A stretch of DNA of 64,000 bases from an uncultured Chitinophagales bacterium. GTDB lineage: Bacteria > Bacteroidota > Rhodothermia > Balneolales > CAYWCV01. Shown one piece after another: positions 9,452 to 19,235 of this stretch. The notes under the pieces are model-generated. The model did no database searches and was not told the DNA's origin. It worked only from the letters and a program-made list of their open reading frames with translations. The number at the start of each line of letters is the position of its first letter. Within the stretch, counting starts at the first letter, position 1. Where the stretch lies: the NCBI GenBank assembly GCA_964629885.1, contig CAZVRJ010000008.1:4524-68523 (forward strand). The letters run 5' to 3'. The position numbers were made by a program, and so were the translations under genes.

Positions 9452-9718
9452 TCAGACGTCATTGAAACCCAGGCTGAAAAGATCCATGATGGCATTACAT
9501 GCGTCGTTTTCATCTGGACCGTTAAACTCCAGCTCAAGTTCGGCTCCTTGTTCGGCCGCAAGCGTCATTACTCCCAAAATGCTCTTACCATTAACTTTAT
9601 AGCCGTACATGTGTATGAAGAAGTCCGATTTGAACTTTGATGCCAGCTGCACCAACTGAGCCGCAGGCCTGGCGTGGAGCCCGGCAGGATTATGCACTAC
9701 TGCGGTTTTTCGGATCAT
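9452..9718 (-). CDS. ptsH: Phosphocarrier protein HPr
   Basis: 88 aa. His15 is in GLHARPA and Ser46 is in NGKSILGVM. Confidence 0.9.
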   Translation of the reverse strand: MIRKTAVVHNPAGLHARPAAQLVQLASKFKSDFFIHMYGYKVNGKSILGVMTLAAEQGAELELEFNGPDENDACNAIMDLFSLGFNDV

Positions 9719-9894
9719 TCGCGTGGAATTATACTAATATTCTGTGCTGTTATTTCATAAGTAAAATAGCGTACATCTGATTCAAATCAAGAGAGTAGAC
9801 ATTCATTTTTGTAACCATTTTGTTGCTGCCCGGATAAAAGCCCGGATTTTGTTAACTTTGACGTTCTGTAAGCACTAACACAATTCTATTTTTT

Positions 9895-10182
9895 ATGTCG
9901 GTCACAAAAGAAGATGTGGCGTACATCGCCAACCTTGCTCGCCTCCAACCCGATGAGGCCCAGACAGAAACCTTGATGCGCGACATGAATCGCATCTTAA
10001 GCTACATGGAGCAGCTCAATAAAGTCGACACATCCGAAGTGGCGCCGCTCGACCACGTCATTGAAATTCCTCCCGATTATCGTAAAGATGTCGCACTTCC
10101 ACCTCTCGACCACGACAAGGCACTGTCGAATGCACCCGATGCCGACAGCGACTACTTCCGTGTACCAAAGGTAATCGAGTAA
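9895..10182 (+). CDS. gatC: Asp-tRNA(Asn)/Glu-tRNA(Gln) amidotransferase subunit C
   Basis: 95 aa with the typical GatC N-terminus (EDVAYIANLARLQPDEAQ...L.YMEQLNKVDTSEV). Confidence 0.9.
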   Translation: MSVTKEDVAYIANLARLQPDEAQTETLMRDMNRILSYMEQLNKVDTSEVAPLDHVIEIPPDYRKDVALPPLDHDKALSNAPDADSDYFRVPKVIE

Positions 10183-10187
10183 TACGT

Positions 10188-12713
10188 ATGTCAAGAGCAA
10201 GAACAAGTGCAAGTGCCAGAGCAACTGCAAGTGGAACTGTAGGCAACTCGGCCGAGAAACGACCCCTTTTTGATCCCTGGGAAAATATCCCCGATGTGGC
10301 CAAACACGCAGTCTGCTTGGTTGTGCTGATATTGCTTCCGACATTCTTGTTTCCTGATGTTTTTTGGGGAGACAGCCGGTTTGTCGCCCACGACACCATA
10401 CAGTGGCGCGCTTCTGCCGAATCCATTATTGCCGAGCGCAATGCAACTGGCGAAGAGCCCCTATGGGCTGCCAATCAGTTTTCGGGTATGCCCGCTTACT
10501 TGGTGTCCTACAAGAAAAGCGTGCCCAACATCGACAACATCTTGACAATACCCGAGACGCTCTACCCTGCCAGCTTCTTTTGGATACTGATTATCGGGAT
10601 GTACCTCTTTTTGATAAGGCTGGGATTTAGGCCGGCCTCATCGTTGCTTGGTGCAATTCTAGCTGGCTTTTCTACGTATTTACCCATCATTGTTGGAGCG
10701 GGGCACAACTCGAAGTTTGTGGCTCTCAGCTTTATCCCCTGGGTTATGCTTGGATATGCCATGTTGCGCGACCAGGATCGCAACAAATGGCTGGCCGCAT
10801 TTGTGTTTACCGGGGCTTTCATTCTGCAACTCAGGGCAGGACATCCACAGATCACCTATTATTTTATGTGGCTTTTGGGGATCTGGTTCCTTTACGATGC
10901 TTTCAAAGCTTGGAAGGATGGAAACCTGAAGCCATTTGCCGGCGTGGCTATGCTCGTCGTTTTGTCTGGTGTTGTTACCTTGATCGCCAACGCCCAGCCC
11001 TATTGGAGCATCTACGAATATTCGCCCTTCAGCATCCGCGGCGGCGGTGGGGCTGACTCGCCCGGCGGCGCAGGCCTCGATATGGAGTACGCATTCAGAT
11101 GGTCGCAAGGTTGGGGCGAATTGATCACCTTGTTGATTCCGAATGCCTTTGGTGGATCGGCCGCCTACTGGGGGCCCAAATCTGGCACGAGTGGGCCACA
11201 CTACTACGGCGCCATCACCATGGTCTTTTTGTTAATCGGGCTATGGAAATCCGATTTCAAGCTCAAGTGGGTATTCTTTGGCGCCGGAGCCATCACCATG
11301 TTGTTCTCTTTGGGTGAGAATTTCATGGCCTTGAACACCTTCATGTTCAACTACTTCCCACTTTTCAACAAGTTCCGAGCCCCTGAAACCTGGCTTGTGG
11401 TCGCAGGATTCTGCTTCCCTGTTGTGGCCGTTGCAGGTATTGAGTACTTGGCGAAAAAATCTGGGGAGTTAAAGAAGTCAGACTGGTTACCAGCGATGAT
11501 TCCGGTCGCAGTAATTGCCATTGTGGCTGCTTTGGGAAGTGGAACCGTGCTCTCATTCGAAAAGCCAGGTCAGGCAGAACAGTTTATTGAACAACTTGCT
11601 TCAGCCAACCAACTGAGCCCAAGCGACCCCAGAGTACAGCAGCAGGTGAACGATTTTATTGAGACGAATCTCAAACCTGAACGCAAAGCCCTTGCGGAGA
11701 GAGATGGTTTACGGTTTTTGATTATCGTGACCCTTTCGATTGCCGTGTTGATAGGCTTGGCTTTCAGAAAGCTTAGTGCGGGTCCAGCAACATTGATCCT
11801 CGTGCTCATTGCCGGATATGATGTACTCACAGTGGGCCAGCGTTACGCCAACGAAAACAGCATGGCGCCAAAAGATTTTGATGCCCAGCGAACTATTGAG
11901 CAGACACGACGTCCACTCGACACCTGGCTGGCCGAAAATGTTAAAACTGCCGAGCCCTGGTCTTACCGCGTTTTCCCATTGAGCGATAACCCATTCAATA
12001 ACGCACTGCCTTCCTATTTTTATCCATCGTTGGGTGGTTATAGCGGTGCACGCATGGCCATGTACGACGACATTATGTCGCGATCGATTTTCGTCGGCGA
12101 TTTTGGTCTGAACATTGGGCTGATGAATATGCTCAACACCAAATACATCACCTATGGGGCCGAGCTGGAGCTACCGGGTTTTGATCCAGTGCATGAAGTT
12201 GATGGAGTTGTAGTTTACGAAAACACATACGTACTCCCTAAAGCGTGGTTTGTGGATCGAGCAGACGTAGTGTTGAGTAAAGAGAACGCATTGGCACGCA
12301 TCAATCAGTTTACATTCGATCCATCGCGTGAAGCGGTTGTCGAATATGATCGCCTTCTGCCAAACCTTACTGCCGATAGTACCGCCAGTGCAACCGTGAC
12401 CTCGTACTCTGCTCGGCAGATCGACGTACAAGTAAGCCGCACCTCAGGAAGCGGATTGTTGGTGTTGGGTGAACTTTACTACCCAAGAGGCTGGACCGCC
12501 ACTGTCGACGGCGAACCAACCGAAATCTTAAAGACCAATTTTGCGATTCGTGGTGTGGTAGTTCCAGAGGGATCTCATATGGTATCGTTCACATTTGAGC
12601 CAAGTTCGCATTCATCAGGTACGACAATTGCCTGGGTTGGCCACCTTGCTTGGCTGCTGATGGGCGGCATTGCCCTCATGTTCCACCTGCGGAATCCCCG
12701 CAAGCCCGAGTGA
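10188..12713 (+). CDS. YfhO-family polytopic membrane protein (putative glycan/lipid-linked glycosyltransferase)
   Basis: 841 aa with many TM helices across the N-terminal approximately 550 aa and a soluble C-terminal domain plus a final TM, as in YfhO. The start is uncertain: ATG 10188 includes the repeat, while GTG 10296 (MAKHAVCLVVLILL) would leave the repeat intergenic. Confidence 0.75.
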   Translation: MSRARTSASARATASGTVGNSAEKRPLFDPWENIPDVAKHAVCLVVLILLPTFLFPDVFWGDSRFVAHDTIQWRASAESIIAERNATGEEPLWAANQFSGMPAYLVSYKKSVPNIDNILTIPETLYPASFFWILIIGMYLFLIRLGFRPASSLLGAILAGFSTYLPIIVGAGHNSKFVALSFIPWVMLGYAMLRDQDRNKWLAAFVFTGAFILQLRAGHPQITYYFMWLLGIWFLYDAFKAWKDGNLKPFAGVAMLVVLSGVVTLIANAQPYWSIYEYSPFSIRGGGGADSPGGAGLDMEYAFRWSQGWGELITLLIPNAFGGSAAYWGPKSGTSGPHYYGAITMVFLLIGLWKSDFKLKWVFFGAGAITMLFSLGENFMALNTFMFNYFPLFNKFRAPETWLVVAGFCFPVVAVAGIEYLAKKSGELKKSDWLPAMIPVAVIAIVAALGSGTVLSFEKPGQAEQFIEQLASANQLSPSDPRVQQQVNDFIETNLKPERKALAERDGLRFLIIVTLSIAVLIGLAFRKLSAGPATLILVLIAGYDVLTVGQRYANENSMAPKDFDAQRTIEQTRRPLDTWLAENVKTAEPWSYRVFPLSDNPFNNALPSYFYPSLGGYSGARMAMYDDIMSRSIFVGDFGLNIGLMNMLNTKYITYGAELELPGFDPVHEVDGVVVYENTYVLPKAWFVDRADVVLSKENALARINQFTFDPSREAVVEYDRLLPNLTADSTASATVTSYSARQIDVQVSRTSGSGLLVLGELYYPRGWTATVDGEPTEILKTNFAIRGVVVPEGSHMVSFTFEPSSHSSGTTIAWVGHLAWLLMGGIALMFHLRNPRKPE
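10192..10239. repeat. Hexanucleotide tandem array (CAAGAG CAAGAA CAAGTG CAAGTG CCAGAG CAACTG CAAGTG GAACTG)
   Basis: Read directly. Eight units start 4 nt after ATG 10188. In the YfhO ORF frame they translate as RARTSASARATASGT. Confidence 0.9.
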
Positions 12714-12730
12714 CTGGCACTCGCCCGGCT

Positions 12731-14029
12731 ATGTCTAGGAAAGTGCTCATCATCACCTATTACTGGCCTCCTGGGGGTGGATCTGGCGTTCAGCGGTGGC
12801 TTAAATTCAGCAAATATCTCAGAGAATTCGGCTGGGAGCCCATAATTTACACACCCGACAACCCAGAAATGGCCGCTGTCGATACCAGCCTCGACAAAGA
12901 TATTCCAAGTGGCATCACGGTACTGAAGACGCCGATCTTCGAGCCCTACGGTTTCTACAAAGTTCTCACGCGTAGAAAAGAACCGCTCGGGGCTGGGTTT
13001 GTAACCGAGTCGGGGAAAGTGGGCACCCTCGAGTTGATGTCGCGTTGGATAAGGGGAAACTTCTTCATCCCCGACGCACGCAAGTTTTGGATTCGCCCAT
13101 CCGTCAAATTCTTGACCAATTGGCTAAAGAGTAACCCAGTCGATGCCATCGTCAGCACTGGACCACCACACTCCATGCATCTCATTGCTAGGGAAGTAAA
13201 GAAGCATACCGGCTTGCCTTGGTTGGCCGATTTTCGTGATCCTTGGACAAACATCGATTTTTATGATGAACTCAGGCTGAGCCGTCCAGCCGATCGCAAG
13301 CACCATGAGCTGGAGGCATCGGTCGTTAAAGGTGCCGATCGGGTGACCGTGGTCAGTCCTACCATGGAGCGGGAATTTCGCGAAGATCACCTTAGAGACA
13401 TACTGACATTGACCAACGGATTCGACGAAGACGATATCTCTGTCGATAACGTCTTGCCCGTAGACGACGAGCGTTTCGGCATTGCCCACATAGGGACAAT
13501 GAATCCAAGTCGTAACCCAGTTGGACTATGGACGGCGATTTCTGAACTGATCACTAACGATGAGTCGTTGTTGTCGAGCATCAACCTACGCTTGATTGGC
13601 AGGGTCGATCACTCCATAAAAACAGCAGTTCATCAATCTGGGCTTCAGTCGATAACCGATTATATTGAATACGTGCCACACGACCAAGTTGTTGCATGGC
13701 AACAGGGTGCCTCCGTTTTGTTGCTTTTGCTGAACCAATCGAAAAACGCTCACGGTATTCTTCCCGGCAAGTTCTTCGAGTATCTGGCCACTGGAAGGCC
13801 GATACTTTGCCTTGGTCCGACAGACAGCGATGCGGCATCCATCTTAAAAGAAACCTCATCAGGAGTGTGCCTCGATTACGACGACGTATCGGGAATCAAG
13901 TCGTGGATTCTAGACCAACTGGCAAATCAACCAGTCGAGTCGGTTAAATCGGAGAATATCGGTCGCTTTACCCGCCGATCACTTACGGCCAGTCTTGCCG
14001 GAATCCTGGATGATATGATCAAGCAATGA
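12731..14029 (+). CDS. Glycosyltransferase (GT4-like)
   Basis: N-terminus MSRKVLIITYYWPPGGGSGVQRW is typical of GT-B glycosyltransferases. The track start at 12650 overlaps YfhO, so ATG 12731 is preferred. Confidence 0.8.
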   Translation: MSRKVLIITYYWPPGGGSGVQRWLKFSKYLREFGWEPIIYTPDNPEMAAVDTSLDKDIPSGITVLKTPIFEPYGFYKVLTRRKEPLGAGFVTESGKVGTLELMSRWIRGNFFIPDARKFWIRPSVKFLTNWLKSNPVDAIVSTGPPHSMHLIAREVKKHTGLPWLADFRDPWTNIDFYDELRLSRPADRKHHELEASVVKGADRVTVVSPTMEREFREDHLRDILTLTNGFDEDDISVDNVLPVDDERFGIAHIGTMNPSRNPVGLWTAISELITNDESLLSSINLRLIGRVDHSIKTAVHQSGLQSITDYIEYVPHDQVVAWQQGASVLLLLLNQSKNAHGILPGKFFEYLATGRPILCLGPTDSDAASILKETSSGVCLDYDDVSGIKSWILDQLANQPVESVKSENIGRFTRRSLTASLAGILDDMIKQ

Positions 14030-15067
14030 TGTGAGTGCTTCAAGCCTGCGAGTGGATGGAAACCGCTGAGCAATGTTTTGCCGAACAGCAGATGATGATA
14101 TGGATTCATCCTTCATTGCATGCCGGATCAGATCGGCTAGTTTCGCCGGATCTTTGCGTTCGAGAACATACCCTGTATTCCCGATGATAAATGGAATGGC
14201 GGCCACATTTGATCCAATAGGTATGCAACCACATAGCATTGCCTCGCAAAGAGCATTCGGGAATCCCTCCATGAGCGACAGCTGCATATAAAATCGGTGC
14301 CTGTTCAACAGTTCAACAAGCCCATCCCTGTCTGTTACTGGATGAAGTTGAATATTGGGGCTCACATTCTGCAACCAAGAGTTATCGGGATTGGCCCCCA
14401 CCAACGTGAACGATGCTTCCGGTACGCGCCTTGCAACATCCAGAATGAGATCGACTCCCTTTCGAAGGAAAATAGCTTCTGAATCGATGCCTGCAATAAC
14501 TGTGATAAAACTGTTCGGCGGACGATCTTCCTTCTTCAACGGCCACATGTCGGCATCGTACCCATAGTTAACCACCGTGCATGGCGTTGTCACATCTGGG
14601 CAAAAATGCCGGTACCCCTGCCTCGGTGCACCAACCAAGTCGTAACTGTATGCTACGTCGATAAGCGACGCATCGACCGGTGCCAAGAGACTGGCCATTT
14701 TATACGACATCCGTGTGAACCACCCCATTACCCTGCGATTGAAATTTCCGTATCTGATTGCAGGGAATTTTGCTCCATCGGTCCCTGCTATGATCACAAG
14801 GGATGGGAGTTTGAACACTTTGGTCCAAAGGGCGGGCAAGAAAGATACGTAACCGGCAATATGGGTGACTGTTGCCAGTGCACTCGATTGGTGCTTAAAC
14901 AAGAACAACTTCTGCTTGGCAAAGGCCAAGGGGAGCAAATACTTTTTGCTTACATCAAACCGATGCTCCACTACCTGATATCGCTCCGACAGCATGTCGA
15001 TATCGCGCCCAATGAAGGTGCTTTTCTTTACGTAGAAGTAAAGGATTTTGGGCTTGATGGTTTCCAT
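13979..15067 (-). CDS. Glycosyltransferase family 1 (GT4 clan)
   Basis: 362 aa with the C-terminal E-x7-E region SLMEGFPNALCEAMLCGCIPIGSNV. Confidence 0.8.
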   Translation of the reverse strand: METIKPKILYFYVKKSTFIGRDIDMLSERYQVVEHRFDVSKKYLLPLAFAKQKLFLFKHQSSALATVTHIAGYVSFLPALWTKVFKLPSLVIIAGTDGAKFPAIRYGNFNRRVMGWFTRMSYKMASLLAPVDASLIDVAYSYDLVGAPRQGYRHFCPDVTTPCTVVNYGYDADMWPLKKEDRPPNSFITVIAGIDSEAIFLRKGVDLILDVARRVPEASFTLVGANPDNSWLQNVSPNIQLHPVTDRDGLVELLNRHRFYMQLSLMEGFPNALCEAMLCGCIPIGSNVAAIPFIIGNTGYVLERKDPAKLADLIRHAMKDESISSSAVRQNIAQRFPSTRRLEALTSLLDHIIQDSGKTGRK

Positions 15068-15068
15068 A

Positions 15069-15785
15069 TCAGCGCCTGAATCCTCGCAGTATGATGCGCT
15101 GTATCACTCTTGTCACATACGACTTTAGAATCGGCACAGGCACCCCTTCGTGTTTCTTGAAGAGGATGGCCTGATAATCGGCCGGCTGTCTGTACAATGA
15201 ATAGGATTGAAAATGCTCCAACGACAGTCCAACCGATTCGGCATGGCGAATCAATTCGGCAGCAGACAATGATTGGTCGATTATTTGAAGCTTTTCGGGC
15301 TCATGATTTCGGATATAATCTTGATACTTCGGATGTGGAATGTGAATAAATACGTGTCCACCCGGCTTAAGTGCATCCGATATGGTCTTGAATACGCTGT
15401 GGTGTTTGTCGGATGGGATATGCTCGAGCACATCGGGGAACACCACCCAGCTGTAGGTGCGAGTAAGCTTAGCATTCATCATGTCGTCTACCAACAAGTC
15501 CACATGCTTGAACGACTTCAGCCTTTCACTTGCCAGACGGATATTCTCAGGGCTTATGTCTACACCCGTGATGTGACCATCGCGACAGAATTCGGCCATC
15601 AATTGCGAAAGCTGACCAACGCCACATCCGATTTCGAGGATATGAGCATCTTTTGTGAGGCCAAACGATTTGAGCCAATGCAGAATCTTGGCATGTCGGT
15701 CGTTGATGCCAGAAGTGCTCTGATACTTCGAAAATGTATCGTAGTATTCGCTGACTTTGTCGGTATCGTAATGTGACTCGCTCAT
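15069..15785 (-). CDS. Class I SAM-dependent methyltransferase
   Basis: SAM motif I ILEIGCGVGQLS. ATG 15785 (MSESHYD) is preferred over TTG 15794. Confidence 0.8.
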   Translation of the reverse strand: MSESHYDTDKVSEYYDTFSKYQSTSGINDRHAKILHWLKSFGLTKDAHILEIGCGVGQLSQLMAEFCRDGHITGVDISPENIRLASERLKSFKHVDLLVDDMMNAKLTRTYSWVVFPDVLEHIPSDKHHSVFKTISDALKPGGHVFIHIPHPKYQDYIRNHEPEKLQIIDQSLSAAELIRHAESVGLSLEHFQSYSLYRQPADYQAILFKKHEGVPVPILKSYVTRVIQRIILRGFRR

Positions 15786-15854
15786 GGACAACAAGATACG
15801 GTGCTCGGTCGTATATTACCCTTCATTTGAATCATCCATAATGGAAACGACGTT

Positions 15855-17330
15855 TTGGGCATCGTAATTCGACAGAGCTTCTGGAACACGGTGGTTTCGT
15901 ATGCCGGGGTGGTGCTCGGTGCCATCAACGTGATCTGGCTTTTCCCGACCGTATTGGGCGACACCCAGTTTGGGGTTACGCGCCTGTTGCTCTCCGCGTC
16001 GCTCATTGCCGCACAGGTCGCCCAGCTGGGGATGGGTAACGTCACCTTTCGCTTTTTCCCTGCCTTCCAAGATCCCGTTTCGGGTCACAAGGGATTTCTG
16101 AGGATCCTCCTACTGGTTCCATTCATTGGCTTTTTACTGTATCTGGTACTTTTTTTGGGGTTCCGGGAGTCGTTTGCTTCGCTGTTTGCCCAAAATGCTC
16201 CCCTGTTTGTCAGATATGATCTATTTCTGATTCCTTTGGTGCTTTTCACGCTCTATTTCAATGTATTTGACGCGTGGTTGCGATCGGTGTATCGAACGGT
16301 TTCAGGATCTTTTTTGAAGGATGTGGTTCTGCGTCTTCTGCAGATGGGCTCGATCGGTCTGTATTGGGTGGGTCTCGTCGATTTTTACGGTTTTGTGGTG
16401 GCCTTCACGGCCGTGCATGGCATAGTGCTGTTGATGGTTGTGTACTGGACTTGGTACACTGGCGAACTCAAACTAAATCAAGCCTATACACCTCCGTCGC
16501 CCGCTTTAAACCGTGATATTCAGATCTATGCGGGATACGCCATCCTTGGAGGCATTTCTGCCATCGCCATCGCCAACTTAGACTTGCTCATGGTCGGCGC
16601 TTTTCTAGGCGAAGCCAACGCCGGCTACTATGCCATCGCTTTCTTTATCGGCACCTTCATTTCTATACCCGAAAGAAGCATCTCCAAAATCAGTTATCCG
16701 ATCATTGCTCAGGCATTCCAAAATGATGACAAAGATCTGATTGCAAGCGTTTATGCCAAGACCTCGCTGAACCAAATCATTATCGGATTGCTCATTTTTA
16801 TTGGAATCTGGGCCAATGTCCACAACGCCGTTGAGCTATTGCCCGATGGGTTCCTGGTTGCAAAAAACGTAATGATCATCATTAGCGCGGCAAAGCTGAT
16901 CGATATGGCAACCGGAGCTAACAGCATCATTCTGCTGAACTCACCATGGTATAAATTTGACCTCGTTCTCAATGTGATCTTGGTGGTTCTGACCATCGTC
17001 ACAAATCTATTGTTGATCCCGATATTGGGAATCGATGGAGCTGCTTGGGCATCGTTTATTACGATCTCGATCTACAACATCATCAAGTTTGTGTACATCA
17101 AAATAAAATTAGGGATGCAACCGTTCAGGCCTGCCATCGTAAAGGTACTTTTGGCCGGTGCAGTAGCATTTGGAATTTCAGCTGCAATACCAGCCCTTCC
17201 TTCTGTGCTTGTCGATCTTTTGGTTCGGTCGGCAGTGATAACAGCTGTTTATGGCTCCATTATCCTCGTGTGGAAAGCATCGGAAGATGTCGACAAACTA
17301 TGGAAATCCATCCTTGGCAGAATAGGATAA
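15855..17330 (+). CDS. Polysaccharide flippase (Wzx/MOP superfamily)
   Basis: 491 aa with about 12-14 TM helices and the usual N-terminus (IRQSFWNTVVSYAGVVLGAIN). It has an apparent TTG start. Confidence 0.75.
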   Translation: MGIVIRQSFWNTVVSYAGVVLGAINVIWLFPTVLGDTQFGVTRLLLSASLIAAQVAQLGMGNVTFRFFPAFQDPVSGHKGFLRILLLVPFIGFLLYLVLFLGFRESFASLFAQNAPLFVRYDLFLIPLVLFTLYFNVFDAWLRSVYRTVSGSFLKDVVLRLLQMGSIGLYWVGLVDFYGFVVAFTAVHGIVLLMVVYWTWYTGELKLNQAYTPPSPALNRDIQIYAGYAILGGISAIAIANLDLLMVGAFLGEANAGYYAIAFFIGTFISIPERSISKISYPIIAQAFQNDDKDLIASVYAKTSLNQIIIGLLIFIGIWANVHNAVELLPDGFLVAKNVMIIISAAKLIDMATGANSIILLNSPWYKFDLVLNVILVVLTIVTNLLLIPILGIDGAAWASFITISIYNIIKFVYIKIKLGMQPFRPAIVKVLLAGAVAFGISAAIPALPSVLVDLLVRSAVITAVYGSIILVWKASEDVDKLWKSILGRIG

Positions 17331-17366
17331 TTGGGAATTTGGAGTCTTAACTGATATTATTCCGTA

Positions 17367-17945
17367 ATGGCAACTTCTGATACCTACATCCATCCAACGG
17401 CTATCGTAGACGAGCCCTGCGAAATCGGCAGAGGAACAAAAATTTGGCATTGGGTGCATGTGATGGCTGGAGCCATCATCGGCGAGTATTGCGTGCTAGG
17501 CCAAAATGTGTTCGTTGGCGGCAAGGCGGTTCTAGGCAACAATGTTCGGGTACAGAACAACGTTTCCATATACGACAGCGTAATTCTAGAGGATGATGTC
17601 TTCTGCGGTCCGAGCATGGTGTTCACAAACGTGATTAACCCGCGCAGCCACGTGAATCGAAAAGACGAGTATATGGAGACAAGAGTCGGAAAGGGCGCAT
17701 CGATTGGTGCCAACGCGACCATCGTTTGCGGCAACAGCATCGGCGCCTACGCTTTTGTGGGAGCTGGCTCTGTCGTTACCAAGCCTGTGCCAGCCTTTGC
17801 ACTGGTGGTTGGCGTTCCGGCACGGCACGTTGGATGGGTGTCAAAATCGGGCCACCGTCTCTCATTCGACGAGCATGGAACCGCATACTGTCCGGAAACG
17901 GGAGAGAAATATGTGCTGTCGGACGGGAAAGTAAATCCCGCTTGA
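17367..17945 (+). CDS. Hexapeptide-repeat (LbH) sugar N-acetyltransferase, WbpD/WlbB-like
   Basis: 192 aa with left-handed beta-helix repeats ([44 protein letters not shown]). Confidence 0.75.
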   Translation: MATSDTYIHPTAIVDEPCEIGRGTKIWHWVHVMAGAIIGEYCVLGQNVFVGGKAVLGNNVRVQNNVSIYDSVILEDDVFCGPSMVFTNVINPRSHVNRKDEYMETRVGKGASIGANATIVCGNSIGAYAFVGAGSVVTKPVPAFALVVGVPARHVGWVSKSGHRLSFDEHGTAYCPETGEKYVLSDGKVNPA

Positions 17946-17985
17946 AACCACACCCGACGTTGAACCCCTCTTTAAAAAGACAAGA

Positions 17986-19230
17986 ATGATCCCACTACTC
18001 GATTTAGATGCCCAGTACAGAGGCATCCGGAAACCCATCCGCAAGGCCATCGACTCGGTGCTCGAGTCGCAACAGTTCATCATGGGCGACCCAGTTCGCG
18101 ACTTCGAGGAAGAGATGCGCAACTACATTGGGGCAAAGCATGCCATAGCGTGCGCATCGGGTAGCGACGCGCTTTTACTGTCGCTCATGGCCATGGACTG
18201 TGGACCCAACGACTTGGTACTTACCACGCCGTATAGCTTTTTCGCAACCGGTGGCGCTGTTGCTCGGCTTGGGGCAACGCCTGTCTTCTTGGACATCGAC
18301 CCATCCGACTACAATTTAGATCCCAACCAGGTCGAAGATTTCCTCAACAAGAAGCACACCTTGGCCAAGCGCCTGTGGACCCGAGGCAAGAAAGTCCGCT
18401 CGATGATACCGGTGCATCTGTACGGCCAGGCCGCACGAATGTCGGAGCTGATGTCGATTGCTGAGAAGCATGGCATCACGATTATTGAAGATGCCGCCCA
18501 AGCCATTGGGGCGACCGTGGATGGAAAGCAGGTCGGAACTATGGGTACATTCGGCTGCTTTAGCTTCTTCCCCAGCAAAAACTTGGGATGCTACGGCGAC
18601 GGTGGACTCGTGACCGTGAACGATGACGATATGGCCGAAAAGGTGCGCATCTTGCGTCTGCACGGCAGTAAACCTAAGTATCACCACAAGTTGGTGGGGA
18701 TCAACAGCAGGCTCGATACTTTGCAGGCTGCCGTTCTTAGAGTTAAACTACCACTGTTGGATGAGTGGACAGATGCCAGACGAAAAGTGGCGCATCGCTA
18801 CAACAAGATGTTCAGCGATGTGGGCGTCGCCACCAGCTGGGACGATCTCGGCTGCGAGGGTAATTGTGGTCACATGGGCGGCAAGAATTGCGCCTTGGCC
18901 AAACAAAAGAACATGGTGGTGATTCCATCCGAAACTACTGGATCGTCCACACGAAACGGCAAGCACATCTACCACCAGTACGTAATACGCACCAGTCGTC
19001 GCGATAATATTGTCAAGGCGCTGAATGAAGCCGAAATAGGCAATGCCATATACTACCCCATTTCGCTGCATGAGCAGGAGTGCTTTGCCCATCTGGGATA
19101 TACCCGTGAGGATTGCCCCGCTTCGCATTGTGCATCACAGCAGACTTTGGCGCTTCCGATCTATCCAGAACTGAAGAAGAAGCAACAGCAAAGAGTGGTA
19201 GACACCATCGTTGAAGTCCTTCAGGGATAA
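17986..19230 (+). CDS. DegT/DnrJ/EryC1/StrS-family sugar aminotransferase (WbpE-like)
   Basis: 414 aa with the PLP-lysine context FSFFPSKNLGCYGDGG and N-terminal IPLLDL...I...ESQQFIMG. It carries an approximately 30-aa Cys-rich insertion. Confidence 0.85.
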   Translation: MIPLLDLDAQYRGIRKPIRKAIDSVLESQQFIMGDPVRDFEEEMRNYIGAKHAIACASGSDALLLSLMAMDCGPNDLVLTTPYSFFATGGAVARLGATPVFLDIDPSDYNLDPNQVEDFLNKKHTLAKRLWTRGKKVRSMIPVHLYGQAARMSELMSIAEKHGITIIEDAAQAIGATVDGKQVGTMGTFGCFSFFPSKNLGCYGDGGLVTVNDDDMAEKVRILRLHGSKPKYHHKLVGINSRLDTLQAAVLRVKLPLLDEWTDARRKVAHRYNKMFSDVGVATSWDDLGCEGNCGHMGGKNCALAKQKNMVVIPSETTGSSTRNGKHIYHQYVIRTSRRDNIVKALNEAEIGNAIYYPISLHEQECFAHLGYTREDCPASHCASQQTLALPIYPELKKKQQQRVVDTIVEVLQG

Positions 19231-19235
19231 GCCAT

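Noticed and set aside
12650-12730. N-terminal extension of the glycosyltransferase ORF
   Set aside because: The extension overlaps the last 64 nt of YfhO and encodes a non-GT-like Arg/Pro-rich peptide. The canonical GT N-terminus begins at ATG 12731.
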